DNA of 64,000 nucleotides from the NCBI RefSeq assembly GCF_030684315.1, contig NC_081356.1, forward strand, positions 33,071,197-33,135,196. Reading direction: 5' to 3'. The translations under genes and the position numbers were made by a program. The DNA is from Stegostoma tigrinum. Its lineage: Eukaryota. A model generated the notes under the pieces. It searched no databases and had not been told where the DNA came from. It worked only from the letters and a program-made list of their open reading frames with translations. Below, piece after piece: positions 51,489 to 62,460 of this stretch (position 1 is its first letter; the number at the start of each line of letters is the position of its first letter).

Positions 51489-51917
51489 TCCCCTCTCAGT
51501 CTTCTCAGGTCTAAAGAAAAAAGAGATTATCTCCCCATTCTCACTTTGTTTCTGGAGGAGGTTTGCTGTACACTAATTGGTTATTGTTTTCTGTATTATA
51601 GTTGAGCCTACATTTCAAAATTAGTTCATTGGTTGCTGTGAGATATCTGATTGTTGTATAGATTATGATATAAAACAAGCCCTTCTTATTTCATTGCACC
51701 CCCAAAGACATTTTGCAAGACAAACATTGCTCATTTTAACATAGCACAAAGGACAATGAAATAAACAAAGTGAAGATGTTAAATGGCAGGAGATTCCATT
51801 ACTGTATGGTTTGTGCCATTGTTGGTTTTCTATTAAAGCAAATTATTTAGCCTGGTGTTCATTTTCTTCAAGCAAAACCTGCATTACAGAGGCAACGTGA
51901 ACAAAAACGATTGTAAA

Positions 51918-52642
51918 TTTCCCAGCAACCACAGGAAGTGCTACAGCTGCCTTATAGCTCCTACCTCACCTCCATTCAAGGCACAAAACCAAACCTTCCA
52001 TATCCGACAGGTGTTCACCTGCACATCTGTCAACTTGGTTTACCGTATCTGCTGCTCCCAATGTGGCCTCCTGTATATCAGTGAGACCAAGCTTGGACTC
52101 GGAGGCCGCTTTGTAGAGCATCTGTGCTCTGTACACAACAAACAACACCACCTTCCAGTCGCCAACCATTTTAACTCCACCTCCAACTTTCTGGGTGGTA
52201 TATCCATCCTGGGCCTCCTCCAGTGTCACAATGACACCACCTGCAAACTGGAGGAGCAACACCTCATATCTCACCTCGGGACCATATACAGCCCAATGGC
52301 CTAAACATGGAGTTCATGTTTTAAAACCTCCCCACCTCCAGCCTCATCCCGTATCCAACCCTCCCTCTCGTCTCAGACAACTTGACCTGACACAACCTGT
52401 CCATCTTCTGTCCCACATATATTGCCCCACCCATCTTACTGCTCCATTCCCACCACTCCCTACCTACACTCATCTATCACCATCCTGCCTACTTTCCCCA
52501 GCCCCACCCCTTCTCTCTATTTATTTTTGAGCTGCCTTCCCCCTCCCCATTTCTGAAGAAGGGCCCCGACTCGAAATGTCAACTTTCTTGTTCCTCTGAT
52601 GCTGCCTGGCCTGTGTGTTCCTCCAGCTCCTCACTGTATCGT
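51918..52642 (+). mobile_element. Older 5'-truncated Penelope-like element (GIY-YIG + 3' end)
   Basis: TFHIRQVFTCTSVNLVYRICCSQCGLLYISETK...HHLPVANHFNS; decayed hammerhead core near 52553-52580. Confidence 0.88.
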
Positions 52643-54007
52643 CAATTGACGCCATTGAGTTAGTCAGTGGATGTGGGGTGGGAGTCTTAGCAATATGCAC
52701 ATCAGCAAGTAAATCCTAATTACAAACGAATTGAATCCATTTAAACCAATCACTACAGCAGTGTACATAGTTTGGTTGAAATTTGCACTGCAGTCCATAG
52801 AGAGTTTAAAGACAGACAGTCTTTAAAAACTACAGCAAAAGAGAACTTACAACCGACTTCCCTCAAGTATAACAGAATGACTTGTCCAGTAACAAAACAG
52901 CTTGTGGAGAACAGTCACACAACAATGCATCTCAATAATCTCAAGGCCAATTTTTAACCCTCAAATAACACTACCATGCAAAAGCAAAACAAATTGTCTG
53001 GTCATCATTGCAGTTTGCTGAGTTCAAATGAGCTGCCACATTCCCCAGACTATAACAATAACTACAGTTCAAAAGTACTGAGTTAATGGTAAAGCATCGA
53101 GATGTATGCTGATCATAAAAGATGGCATATATAGGTAAGCCTTTTTCTCTATTCCAAGATTTCAAGTCCACAGCATTGCCACTTCAGTATGATTGCTGAG
53201 ATATAATTGTTTTCCAGGTTTTATCATTTTCCACTCTCAGACGTGCTCCCAAATGTGACTTTGACCCACCTCTAATTCTACATTACCGAAATAAACCACC
53301 GTAGGAACATAGGTGTGTATTATTCACATCATACAGCCCCTCACATCTGCTCTATCAGAGTAGGCCATAGTGTTGAGGTTGATGATCGGCTATGTTTCTG
53401 TGCTATCCCCGTATTACTCACGTCATTGATAGATTTTTAGATTTCTAATCTGTCTTGAACTTACTTCATAGGAATGAATTTGCAGAGCCCTCTGTGGTAA
53501 AGAATTTTTAAGATTGTGAAGTAGGGAGAGGGGAATCATCCATTCCTGTTTCTACTCTGTCCCTTGAGGACTTTTGCACGTCTCTATGAAATCACTGCTC
53601 ATTGTTCTAACCTACAGAGGATACAAAGGCCCAGTCTCCCCAATCTCTCCTCAGAACAAATTTACCATCCTTATCTTCTAAACTTTTTTGTGACTCCAGG
53701 CCCTGTCAAGATGGCTGACTTTTCACTGAGCTCTAAAGTGGCCTAGAATGTTAGTTGTACCTACACTATAAACAACAAAGAGAATTTAAAAAGTAGTAAG
53801 TCGACTGTAAAGCATTTAGATATCTGGTGGTCACATAATATGCTATATTGTATTAAAAAGTTTCTTCAAATTTTCCAACTTACAATTTTTCCCTCTCAGA
53901 CTTCCTCCTAAATGTAAATGACCTTGTGTGCCCCCATCAGACAATTGGGAATTGTCAACAAATGTGCACATCCTGAGCATGAAGAAAACAAAATCAGGAG
54001 GCATCTT

Positions 54008-54120
54008 GCTGGATGAACACAGCAGGCCAAGCAGCATCAGAGGAGCAGGAAAGTTTGATGTTTCGGGTTGAGACCCTTCTTCAGAAATGGTTCTCCAGCA
54101 TTGGCAGTTCCTACTATCTC
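54008..54120. mobile_element. Minimal inverted Penelope derivative (minus arm plus only the tail in plus orientation)
   Basis: TCAGGAGGCATCTT at 53994-54007 and 54119-54132 (12-14 bp TSD). Confidence 0.88.
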
Positions 54121-54192
54121 AGGAGGCATCTTTTTGTTTCCACACTGGGTTTCGCACATTTAAAAAGGGTGGTGTCCCAAACTTTATTCCCC

Positions 54193-54485
54193 AGAATCCC
54201 TACAGTCTGGAAACAGGCCCTTCAGCCCAACATGTCCACACTGACCCTCTGAAGAGCATCCTACTCAGACCCATCCCCTTGCCATGTCCACTCCCTGTAA
54301 CCCTGCATCTCCCATGGCGAACACATCTAAATCTACAGATCCCTGAATACTAGAGGCAATTTAGTGTGGCTAATCCACCAAACCTGCACATCTTTGGAGT
54401 GGGACAAAACCGGAGCGCGCACGCGCACGCACACGCACACACACACACACAAAGTCACCCAAGGGTGGAACTGAGCCCAGGTCCA
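54193..54485 (-). mobile_element. HE1-like V-SINE containing a (GC/CA)n microsatellite
   Basis: Matches 16330-16604; microsatellite at ~54415-54450. Confidence 0.78.
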
Positions 54486-55774
54486 TCACAAATTTGTCTT
54501 CAAAATTTCAATGAGGAGTGTGATGGGGTGAGGGAGGGAGAGAGGCTCAGGTAGAGGGCTTAATACTTTTGAAAACAGGAGCTTGAAAATTTGTGAGGAA
54601 GAATTTTTGCATGGATTGTTGCTTTTTTTTGAATGCAGGCTGTTATTTTCTTGCATGGTGAGGGTTTACAAAATGCTGTTATTTCAAACTTTGGATACTA
54701 AATGGGTTTTTGTTTTCAATTCTATGAGGAAGACCCCCTATCCCCCACAAAAGTTCAGAAACATTTTAAAATCAGTAGATGAAAATGGCATTTCCAAGAA
54801 ATCAATGTGAATTCAGCTATATAACTAGATAAGCTACCTGGGGAGATAACTTGGTAAACACTGAGTAATTAAGCTCTTACAACCCTGAAAGTGAGAGAGG
54901 CCAGAAAGTGGTTCAGATCAGAAGAACATATCCATATTTGACGTGCTGTTACCAGCCTAAAAATAGTCAAAGTAATTGAAAAGAATTCTCTATAGAGTTT
55001 GGTGAGAAATGTCAGTGAATTAGCTTGTGTCTGTGTATCTCTGAAGCAAAGAATCACATTTGTGCATTTGCCAAAGTCACCAAAAAGAAACACTTACAAC
55101 TTCATCAACTGAATAAAAGGTTAAAGAGTTAAGATAGGAATAATGCTTCATTGGGCTTGTGTGACTGTAAAGGACAATGCTGGGGCAAATAATAAAGATT
55201 AAATTTTTTTGATGTTTATGAAAACATTTTTAGAAAGTGTCTCATATATATTTGTAAGTTTATTACACGCAAAATCTGCGCATTTGTTAGAAAGCACATT
55301 GGCAGCCTCATGAATATTTTGATTGACTGACCACGAAAACTAAATTGCAAAAGCAAAACTTCTGGTCTACCAAGCTAGGTTTCACTGTGGAATCTGACAT
55401 CTCCAGTATCACCATCAGCTGGGATCATAACATTTGTTTAGGTGACCTATTTGTGTGCAGGTGGGCTTGGGATTCTGATGACTTTGCAGATTTGAACGGA
55501 TTTGATTCTGGGGAACTTGCAGACTTTAGAATTGGGGTTTGAATGCTGTACACATGTTCTCATATGACCTATTTCATTGAGTATGACAGAGGTTGTGTTT
55601 TCCTATTTTAATACATAGGCCTGAACAATGGGAATGCCTTGAAAAGCTATTAGGAAGCTGGGTTTAGATAACTAGCAGTGACTGCATGAAGCAATGTTGT
55701 GGTTGAATCTCAGCTCACCAAAACAAGAGAGTAATGATTTTTCACTGGTTTTGTGTTTCTTTCTTCCCCAATAG

Positions 55775-56025
55775 GTGTGTTTGCCTTTGGACTGTTTGCA
55801 ACAGATATATTTGCAAACGCAGGCCAAGTGGTCACAGGGAGCCTAACCCCATACTTTATAACCGTTTGCAAACCCAATTACACAGGAACAGATTGCCGTT
55901 CCCACTCCAGATTCATTACTAATGAACACATCTGCACTGGGAACCCTGAAGTCATTGCAAATGCACGAAGATCCTTTCCATCTAAAGATGCATCTTTGAG
56001 CATCTACTGTGCCTTGTATGCTACG
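55775..56025 (+). CDS. PLPPR1: PLPPR1 internal coding exon (251 nt, phase 1/0)
   Basis: Polypyrimidine tract, then AATAG|GT GTG...ACG|GTAAGA. Encodes (G)VFAFGLFATDIFANAGQVVTGSLTPYFITVCKPNYT...ARRSFPSKDASLSIYCALYAT (PAP2-like domain). Confidence 0.96.
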
Positions 56026-56558
56026 GTAAGAGCATGTTTCATCAAACTGGCTGCTCATGAGGCTTAGCGGCTGGGCCTCATACATTTTTACAGAAAATTT
56101 ACTGTCCCACCCAGCGCCTTTGATTCGCTTGTGGCATTCTTCATGTAATGTAATAAACTGAACTTATATGGTGTCCTTAATGCAGTGGATGGTCCCCAAT
56201 CAGTTCACAGTAGTGTTTCAATGGATTTCTATCACTGTTCGTTTACTAATTGCTGGGAACAAAATCCTGGAACTTCCTTCCAGGCAGCACTGTGGTCTCC
56301 TTGACACCCCAAAGGCTGTAGTGATCCAAATGGCAGCTCATCAGCATGTTCAAGGGCAATTAAAGACACATTGTAAATGACGACTTTGTTATTGAAAGCC
56401 ATATTCTACTAACAAATAAGTAATCAGATATAATTTGACACAACTGTGTAAGGAGATGTAGTACAGGTGACAAGAAAAGCTTTGTTCAGAGGCGTACTTT
56501 AAGGATTGTTGTATTGGAATGGGCGACATGGTTGTGAAGTTTAGTAGGAGTAATGGGG

Positions 56559-57100
56559 ATCATCATCATCGGTAGTCCCTCACAGACGAGGAGGAAACTC
56601 TTCCACTCTGGAGGTGAATCTGTAAGTGGCTGTCCAGACCATGCGGCTTCTCCACATTCTGTTTACATTTGGGGCAGCAGGTGGTCATGGAAAGGGGTGG
56701 GCGGGGCATTGCTGTGGCAATGCACTCCTCTTATGCCTAGCTTCTGCTTCTTCCCCTCCGATGGCAAGTCTAGGAGATTCTCTACATCTTCCTGGATGCT
56801 CGTCCTCCACTTAGCTTGGGATCAAATATTAAAATTTGTATCTCTTTGAAGTTCCTTGGAATTTCAACTCAAAAAAAAATCCAAATGGTCTTGGGCCAGT
56901 AAGTTCTAGTTGGCGGTGGAAATGTCACACTTTGCCAACAAGGCCTTAGGGGGATCAGTGAAGCATTTCCTTGTCCACCTGGGCCTCACCTGCCATTTAG
57001 GAGCTTAGGAGTAGAGTACCTGCTTGGGCAGTCTCGTGTCGGTCATGTGGATGACATGCCCAACTCATCACAGCTGATCGAGGGTAGTTGGTGCCTTGGT
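56559..57100 (-). mobile_element. RTE-type LINE 3' fragment
   Basis: Minus-strand LDQL**VGHVIHMTDTRLPKQVLYS (RTE motif LRWxGHVxRMxDxRLPKQxLY), with a (GAT)n tail at ~56559-56570. Confidence 0.78.
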
Positions 57101-57254
57101 GCAATTTAACATAGGTAAGTCTGAGGTTATCAATTTCGGTTGGTGGAATAGAAAAGCAACTTATTACTTAAATAGAAAGAAGCCTCAGTGCAGAGGTATA
57201 CATGTGATTGCAGGAAACTAGTACGCAGGTTTAGCCAGTAATAAAAGAAAGCAA
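57101..57254 (+). mobile_element. Old CR1 fragment, left part (host of the Penelope insertion)
   Basis: QFNIGKSEVINFGWWNRKA resembles the CR1 motif QFNVDKCxVIHFGxKNRKA; continues at 61966. Confidence 0.75.
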
Positions 57255-59905
57255 GATAATAAAATGTGAGGCTGGATGAACACAGCAGGCCAAGCAGCAT
57301 CTCAGGAGCACAAAAGCTGACGTTTCGGGCCTAGACCCTTCATCAGAGAGGGGGATGGGGAGAGGGAACTGGAATAAATAGGGAGAGAGGGGGAGGCGGA
57401 CCAAAGATGGAGAGTAAAGAAGATAGGTGGAGAGAGTATAGGTGGGGAGGTAGGGAGGGGATAGGTCAGTCCAGGGAAGACGGACGGGTCAAGGAGGTGG
57501 GATGAGGTTAGTAGGTAGATGGGAGTGCGGCTTGGGGTGGGAGGAAGGGATGGGTGAGAGGAAGAACCGGTTAGGGAGGCAGAGACAGGTTGGACTGGTT
57601 TTGGGATGCAGTGGGTGGGGGTGAAGAGCTGGGCTGGTTGTGTGGTGCAGTGGGGGGAGGGGACGAACTGGGCTGGTTTAGGGATGCAGTAGGGGAAGGG
57701 GAGATTTTGAAACTGGTGAAGTCCACATTGATACCATTACGCTGCAGGGTTCCCAGGCGGAATATGAGTTGCTGTTCCTGCAACCTTCGGGTGGCATCAT
57801 TGTGGCAGTGCAGGAGGCCCATGATGGACATGTCATCTAGAGAATGGGAGGGGGAGTGGAAATGGTTTGCGACTGGGAGGTGCAGTTGTTTGTTGCGAAC
57901 TGAGCGGAGGTGTTCTGCAAAGCGGTCCCCAAGCCTCCGCTTGGTTTCCCCAATGTAGAGGAAGCTGCACCGGGTACAGTGGATGCAGTATAACACATTG
58001 GCAGATGTGCAGGTGAACCTCTGCTTAATGTGGAATGTCATCTTGGGGCCTGGGATAGGGGTGAGGGAGGAGGTGTGGGGGCAAGTGTAGCATTTCCTGC
58101 GGTTGCAGGGGAAGGTTCCAGGTGTGGTGGGGTTGGAGGGCAGTGTGGAGCGATCAAGGGAGTCACGGAGAGAGTGGTCTCTCCGGAAAGCAGACAGGGG
58201 TGGGGATGGAAAAATGTCTTGGGTGGTGGGGTCGGATTGTAAATGGCGGAAGTGTCGGAGGATGATGCGTTGTATCCGGAGGTTGGTAGGGTGGTGTGTG
58301 AGAACGAGGGGGATCCTCTTAGGGCGGTTGTGGGGGGGGGGCGGGGTGTGAGGGATGTGTTGCGGGAAATACGGGAGACGCGGTCAAGGGCGTTCTCGAT
58401 CACTGTGGGGGGAAAGTTGCGGTCCTTAAAGAACTTGGACATCTGGGATGTGCGGGAGTGGAATGTCTTATCGTGGGAGCAGATGCGGCGGAGGCGGAGG
58501 AATTGGGAATAGGGGATGGAATTTTTGCAGGAGGGTGGGTGGGAGGAGGTGTATTCTAGGTAGCTGTGGGAGTCGGTGGGCTTGAAATGGACATCAGTTA
58601 CAAGCTGGTTGCCTGAGATGGAGACTGAGAGGTCCAGGAAGGTGAGGGATGTGCTGGAGATGGCCCAGGTGAACTGAAGGTTGGGGTGGAAGGTGTTGGT
58701 GAAGTGGATGAACTGTTCGAGCTCCTCTGGGGAGCAAGAGGCGGCGCCGATACAGTCATCAATGTACCGGAGGAAGAGGTGGGGTTTGGGGCCTGTGTAG
58801 GTGCGAAAGTGGGACTGTTCCACGTAGCCTACAAAGAGGCAGGCATAGCTGGGGCCCATGCGGGTGCCCATGGCCACCCCCTTAGTCTGTAGGAAGTGGG
58901 AGGAGTCAAAAGAGAAGTTGTTGAGAGTGAGGACGAGTTCAGCTAGGCGGATGAGAGTGTCGGTGGAGGGGGACTGGTCGGGCCTGCGGGACAGGAAGAA
59001 GCGGAGGGCCTTGAGGCCATCTCCATGCGCAATGCAGGTGTACAGGGACTGGATGTCCATGGTGAATATGAGGTGTTGGGGGCCAGGGAATTGGAAGTCC
59101 TGGAGGAGGCGGAGGGCGTGGGTGGTGTCACGGACGTAGGTGGGGAGTTCCTGGACCAAAGGGGAGAAAATGGAGTTCAGATAGGTGGAGATGAGTTCGG
59201 TGGGGCAGGAGCGGGCTGAGACGATGGGTCGACCAGGGCAGGCAGGTTTGTGGATTTTGGGAAGGAGATAGAAACGGGCCGTGCGGGGTTGGGGAACAAT
59301 GAGGTTGGAGGCTGTGGGTGGGAGGTCCCCTGAGGTGATGAGGTCGTGAATGGTGTTGGAGATGATGGTTTGGTGCTCGGGTGTGGGGTCATGATCGAGG
59401 GGGCGGTAGGAGGTGGTGTCGGAGAGTTGGCGTCTGGCCTCGGCGATGTAGAGGTCAGTGCGCCATACTACCACTGCGCCACCCTTGTCTGCGGGTTTGA
59501 TGGTGAGGTTGGGGTTGGAGCGGAGGGAGCGGAGGGCTGCCCGTTCTGCGGGGGAGAGGTTGGAGTGGGTGAGAGGGGTGGAGAGGTTGAGGCGGTTAAT
59601 GTCTCGACGGCAGTTAGGGATGAAGAGTTCGAGGGAGGGTAGGAGGCCTGGGGGTGGTGTCCAGGAGGAGAACTTGTGTTGGAAGCGGGTGAAGGGGTCA
59701 GTGGAAGGAGGGTTAGGTTCCCGGTTGAAGAAGTAGGCATGGAGGCGAAGACGGCGGAAAAACTGCTCTATGTCCAACCGTGACTGGTATTCGTTGATGT
59801 GTGGTTGTAGGGCGACAAAGGTGAGCCCCTTGCTAAGGACTGACCGTTCGTCCTCAGTCAGTGGGAGGTCTGGGGGGATGGTGAAGATGCGGCAGGGCTC
59901 AGTGT
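57255..59905 (-). mobile_element. Penelope-like element (Neptune-like), left inverted arm; 5'-truncated, one frameshift
   Basis: RT motifs (KPADKGGAVVV, GVAMGTRMGPSYA, FLRYIDD) in ORF 58038-59936. The GIY-YIG (ORF 57571-58041) is in another frame because the G run at ~58332-58341 has 10 G versus 8 in the other arm. Hammerhead core at 57319-57346. Confidence 0.97.
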
Positions 59906-61613
59906 GGCTCGTTTCTATCTCCTTCCCAAAATCCACAAACCTGCCTGCCCTGGTCGACCCATTGTCTCAGCCTGCTCCTGCCCCACCGAACTCATCTCCA
60001 CCTATCTGGACTCCATTTTCTCCCCTTTGGTCCAGGAACTCCCCACCTACGTCCGTGACACCACCCATGCCCTCCGCCTCCTCCAGGACTTCCAATTCCC
60101 TGGCCCCCAACACCTCATATTCACCATGGGCGTCCAGTCCCTGTACACCTGCATTCCGCATGGAGATGGCCTCAAGGCCCTCCGCTTCTTCCTGTCCCGC
60201 AGGCCCGACCAGTCCCCCTCCACCGACACTCTCATCCGCCTAGCTGAACTCGTCCTCACACTCAACAACTTCTCTTTTGACTCCTCCCACTTCCTACAGA
60301 CTAAGGGTGTGGCCATGGGCACCCGCATGGGCCCCAGCTATGCCTGCCTCTTTGTAGGCTACGTGGAACAGTCCCTCTTCCGCACCTACACAGGCCCCAA
60401 ACCCCACCTCTTCCTCCGGTACATTGATGACTGTATCGGCGCCGCCTCTTGCTCCCCAGAGGAGCTCGAACAGTTCATCCACCTCACCAACACCTTCCAC
60501 CCCAACCTTCAGTTCACCTGGGCCATCTCCAGCACATCCCTCACCTTCCTGGACCTCTCAGTCTCCATCTCAGGCAACCAGCTTGTAACTGATGTCCATT
60601 TCAAGCCCACCGACTCCCACAGCTACCTAGAATACACCTCCTCCCACCCACCCTCCTGCAAAAATTCCATCCCCTATTCCCAATTCCTCCGCCTCCGCCG
60701 CATCTGCTCCCACGATAAGACATTCCACTCCCGCACATCCCAGATGTCCAAGTTCTTTGAGGACCGCAACTTTCCCCCCACAGTGATCGAGAACGCCCTT
60801 GACCGCGTCTCCCGTATTTCCTACAACACATCCCTCACACCCCGCCCCCCCCACAACCGCCCTAAGAGGATCCCCCTCGTTCTCACACACTACCCTACCA
60901 ACCTCCGGATACAACGCATCATCCTCCGACACTTCCGCCATTTACAATCCGACCCCACCACCCAAGACATTTTTCCATCCCCACCCCTGTCTGCTTTCCG
61001 GAGAGACCACTCTCTCCGTGACTCCCTTGATCGCTCCACACTGCCCTCCAACCCCACCACACCTGGAACCTTCCCCTGCAACCGCAGGAAATGCTACACT
61101 TGCCCCCACACCTCCTCCCTCACCCCTATCCCAGGCCCCAAGATGACATTCCACATTAAGCAGAGGTTCACCTGCACATCTGTCAATGTGGTATACTGCA
61201 TCCACTGTACCCGGTGCAGCTTCCTCTACATTGGGGAAACCAAGCAGAGGCTTGGGGACCGCTTTGCAGAACACCTCCGCTCAGTTCGCAACAAACAACT
61301 GCACCTCCCAGTCGCAAACCATTTCCACTCCCCCTCCCATTCTTTAGATGACATGTCCATCATGGGCCTCCTGCACTGCCACAATGATGCCACCCGAAGG
61401 TTGCAGGAACAGCAACTCATATTCCGCCTGGGAACCCTGCAGCGTAATGGTATCAATGTGGACTTCACCAGTTTCAAAATCTCCCCTTCCTCTACTGCAT
61501 CCCTAAACCAGCCCAGTTCATCCCCTCCCCCCACTGCACCACACAACCAGCCCAGCTCTTCCCCCCCACCCACTGCATCCCAAAACCAGTCCAACCTGTC
61601 TCTGCCTCCCTAA
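59904..61613 (+). pseudogene. Open but N-terminally truncated Penelope RT + GIY-YIG ORF (569 codons)
   Basis: FYLLPKIHK..PGRPIVS, YIDD, thumb region KNSIPYSQFLRLRRICS, CxxxxCxxC linker (PCNRRKCYTC) and VVYCIHCTRC..LYIGETK. The start coincides with the inversion junction and there is no native ATG. Confidence 0.9.
61485..61600 (+). repeat. In-frame 39-bp tandem repeat (3 units) at the Penelope ORF C-terminus
   Basis: TASLNQPSSSPPP / TAPHNQPSSSPPP / TASQNQS. The copy at 1842-2273 has only two units. Confidence 0.85.
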
Positions 61614-61837
61614 CCTGTTCTTCCTCTCACCCATCCCTTCCTCCCACCCCAAGCCGCACCCCCATCTACCTACTAACCTCATCCCACCTCCTTGACCCGT
61701 CCGTCTTCCCTGGACTGACCTATCCCCTCCCTACCTCCCCACCTATACTCTCTCCACCTATCTTCTTTACTCTCCATCTTTGGTCCGCCTCCCCCTCTCT
61801 CCCTATTTATTCCAGTTCCCTCTCCCCATCCCCCTCT

Positions 61838-61865
61838 CTGATGAAGGGTCTCGGCCCGAAACGTC
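61838..61865 (+). ncRNA. Minimal hammerhead-ribozyme-like core
   Basis: CTGATGA-A-GGGTCTCGGCCC-GAAAC-GTC. Confidence 0.65.
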
Positions 61866-61965
61866 AGCTTTTGTGGTCCTGAGATGCTGCTTGGCCTGCT
61901 GTGTTCATCCAGCCTCACATTTTAATATCTTGGAATTCTCCAGCATCTGCAGTTCCCATTACCTC

Positions 61966-62460
61966 TAATAAAAGAAAGCAAATGGAATTTGAGCACATAT
62001 TGCTAAAAAAAAATATAAAGCAGAGAGCGTTTTTGCAACTGTACAAGGCATTAATGAGACTGCATCTACAATCTTGTATACTGTTTTAGCGTCCTTGAGG
62101 AGGAATGTAATTGCTTTGGAAGCAGTTCAGAGAATATTCACTTTTGGAGTTTGAGAATGAGGGGCAATCTGTTTGACAAATAAGATGCTAAAGCGGATTG
62201 ACAAAGTAGACATAGAAAGAGGTTTCCTCGGGTAGGGTAATCAAGAATGAGAGCTCATGGTTTTTAGGATAAGACGGGTAGCAGATTTAAAACAGATGAG
62301 GAAAAATTCTCTCAAACAAATCCTGAATCTGTGGAATTCTTTCCTCACCCTAAGTGCAGTGGATGCTGGTACATTAACTGGATGTTTCAGTTAGTAATTG
62401 GTTGAGGGATTCTGGACTTGAGTCTGAGAGGAGATCAGTCATGATCTTATCAAATGAATG
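61966..62460 (+). mobile_element. Old CR1 fragment, right part
   Basis: AFLQLYKALMRLHLQSC resembles CR1 LLQLYRALVRPHLEYC; decayed 3' end follows. Confidence 0.78.

Larger units (their letters stand above)
59906..61965 (+). mobile_element. Penelope-like element (Neptune-like), right arm with 3' tail
   Basis: Reverse complement of 57255-59280 plus a ~33-nt tail. TSD TAATAAAAGAAAGCAA at 57239-57254 and 61966-61981. Confidence 0.97.

Noticed and set aside
59906-59936. N-terminus (MDFGKEIET) of the 632-aa minus ORF as a real start
   Set aside because: It is antisense read-through of the right arm across the inversion junction. The ORF's C-terminal ~95 aa is also out-of-frame sequence after the G-run frameshift.
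57255-61965. Foldback/TIR DNA transposon or assembly fold-back artefact
   Set aside because: The arms encode RT + GIY-YIG, differ at scattered sites, have asymmetric ends and sit in a clean TSD within a continuous CR1 host.
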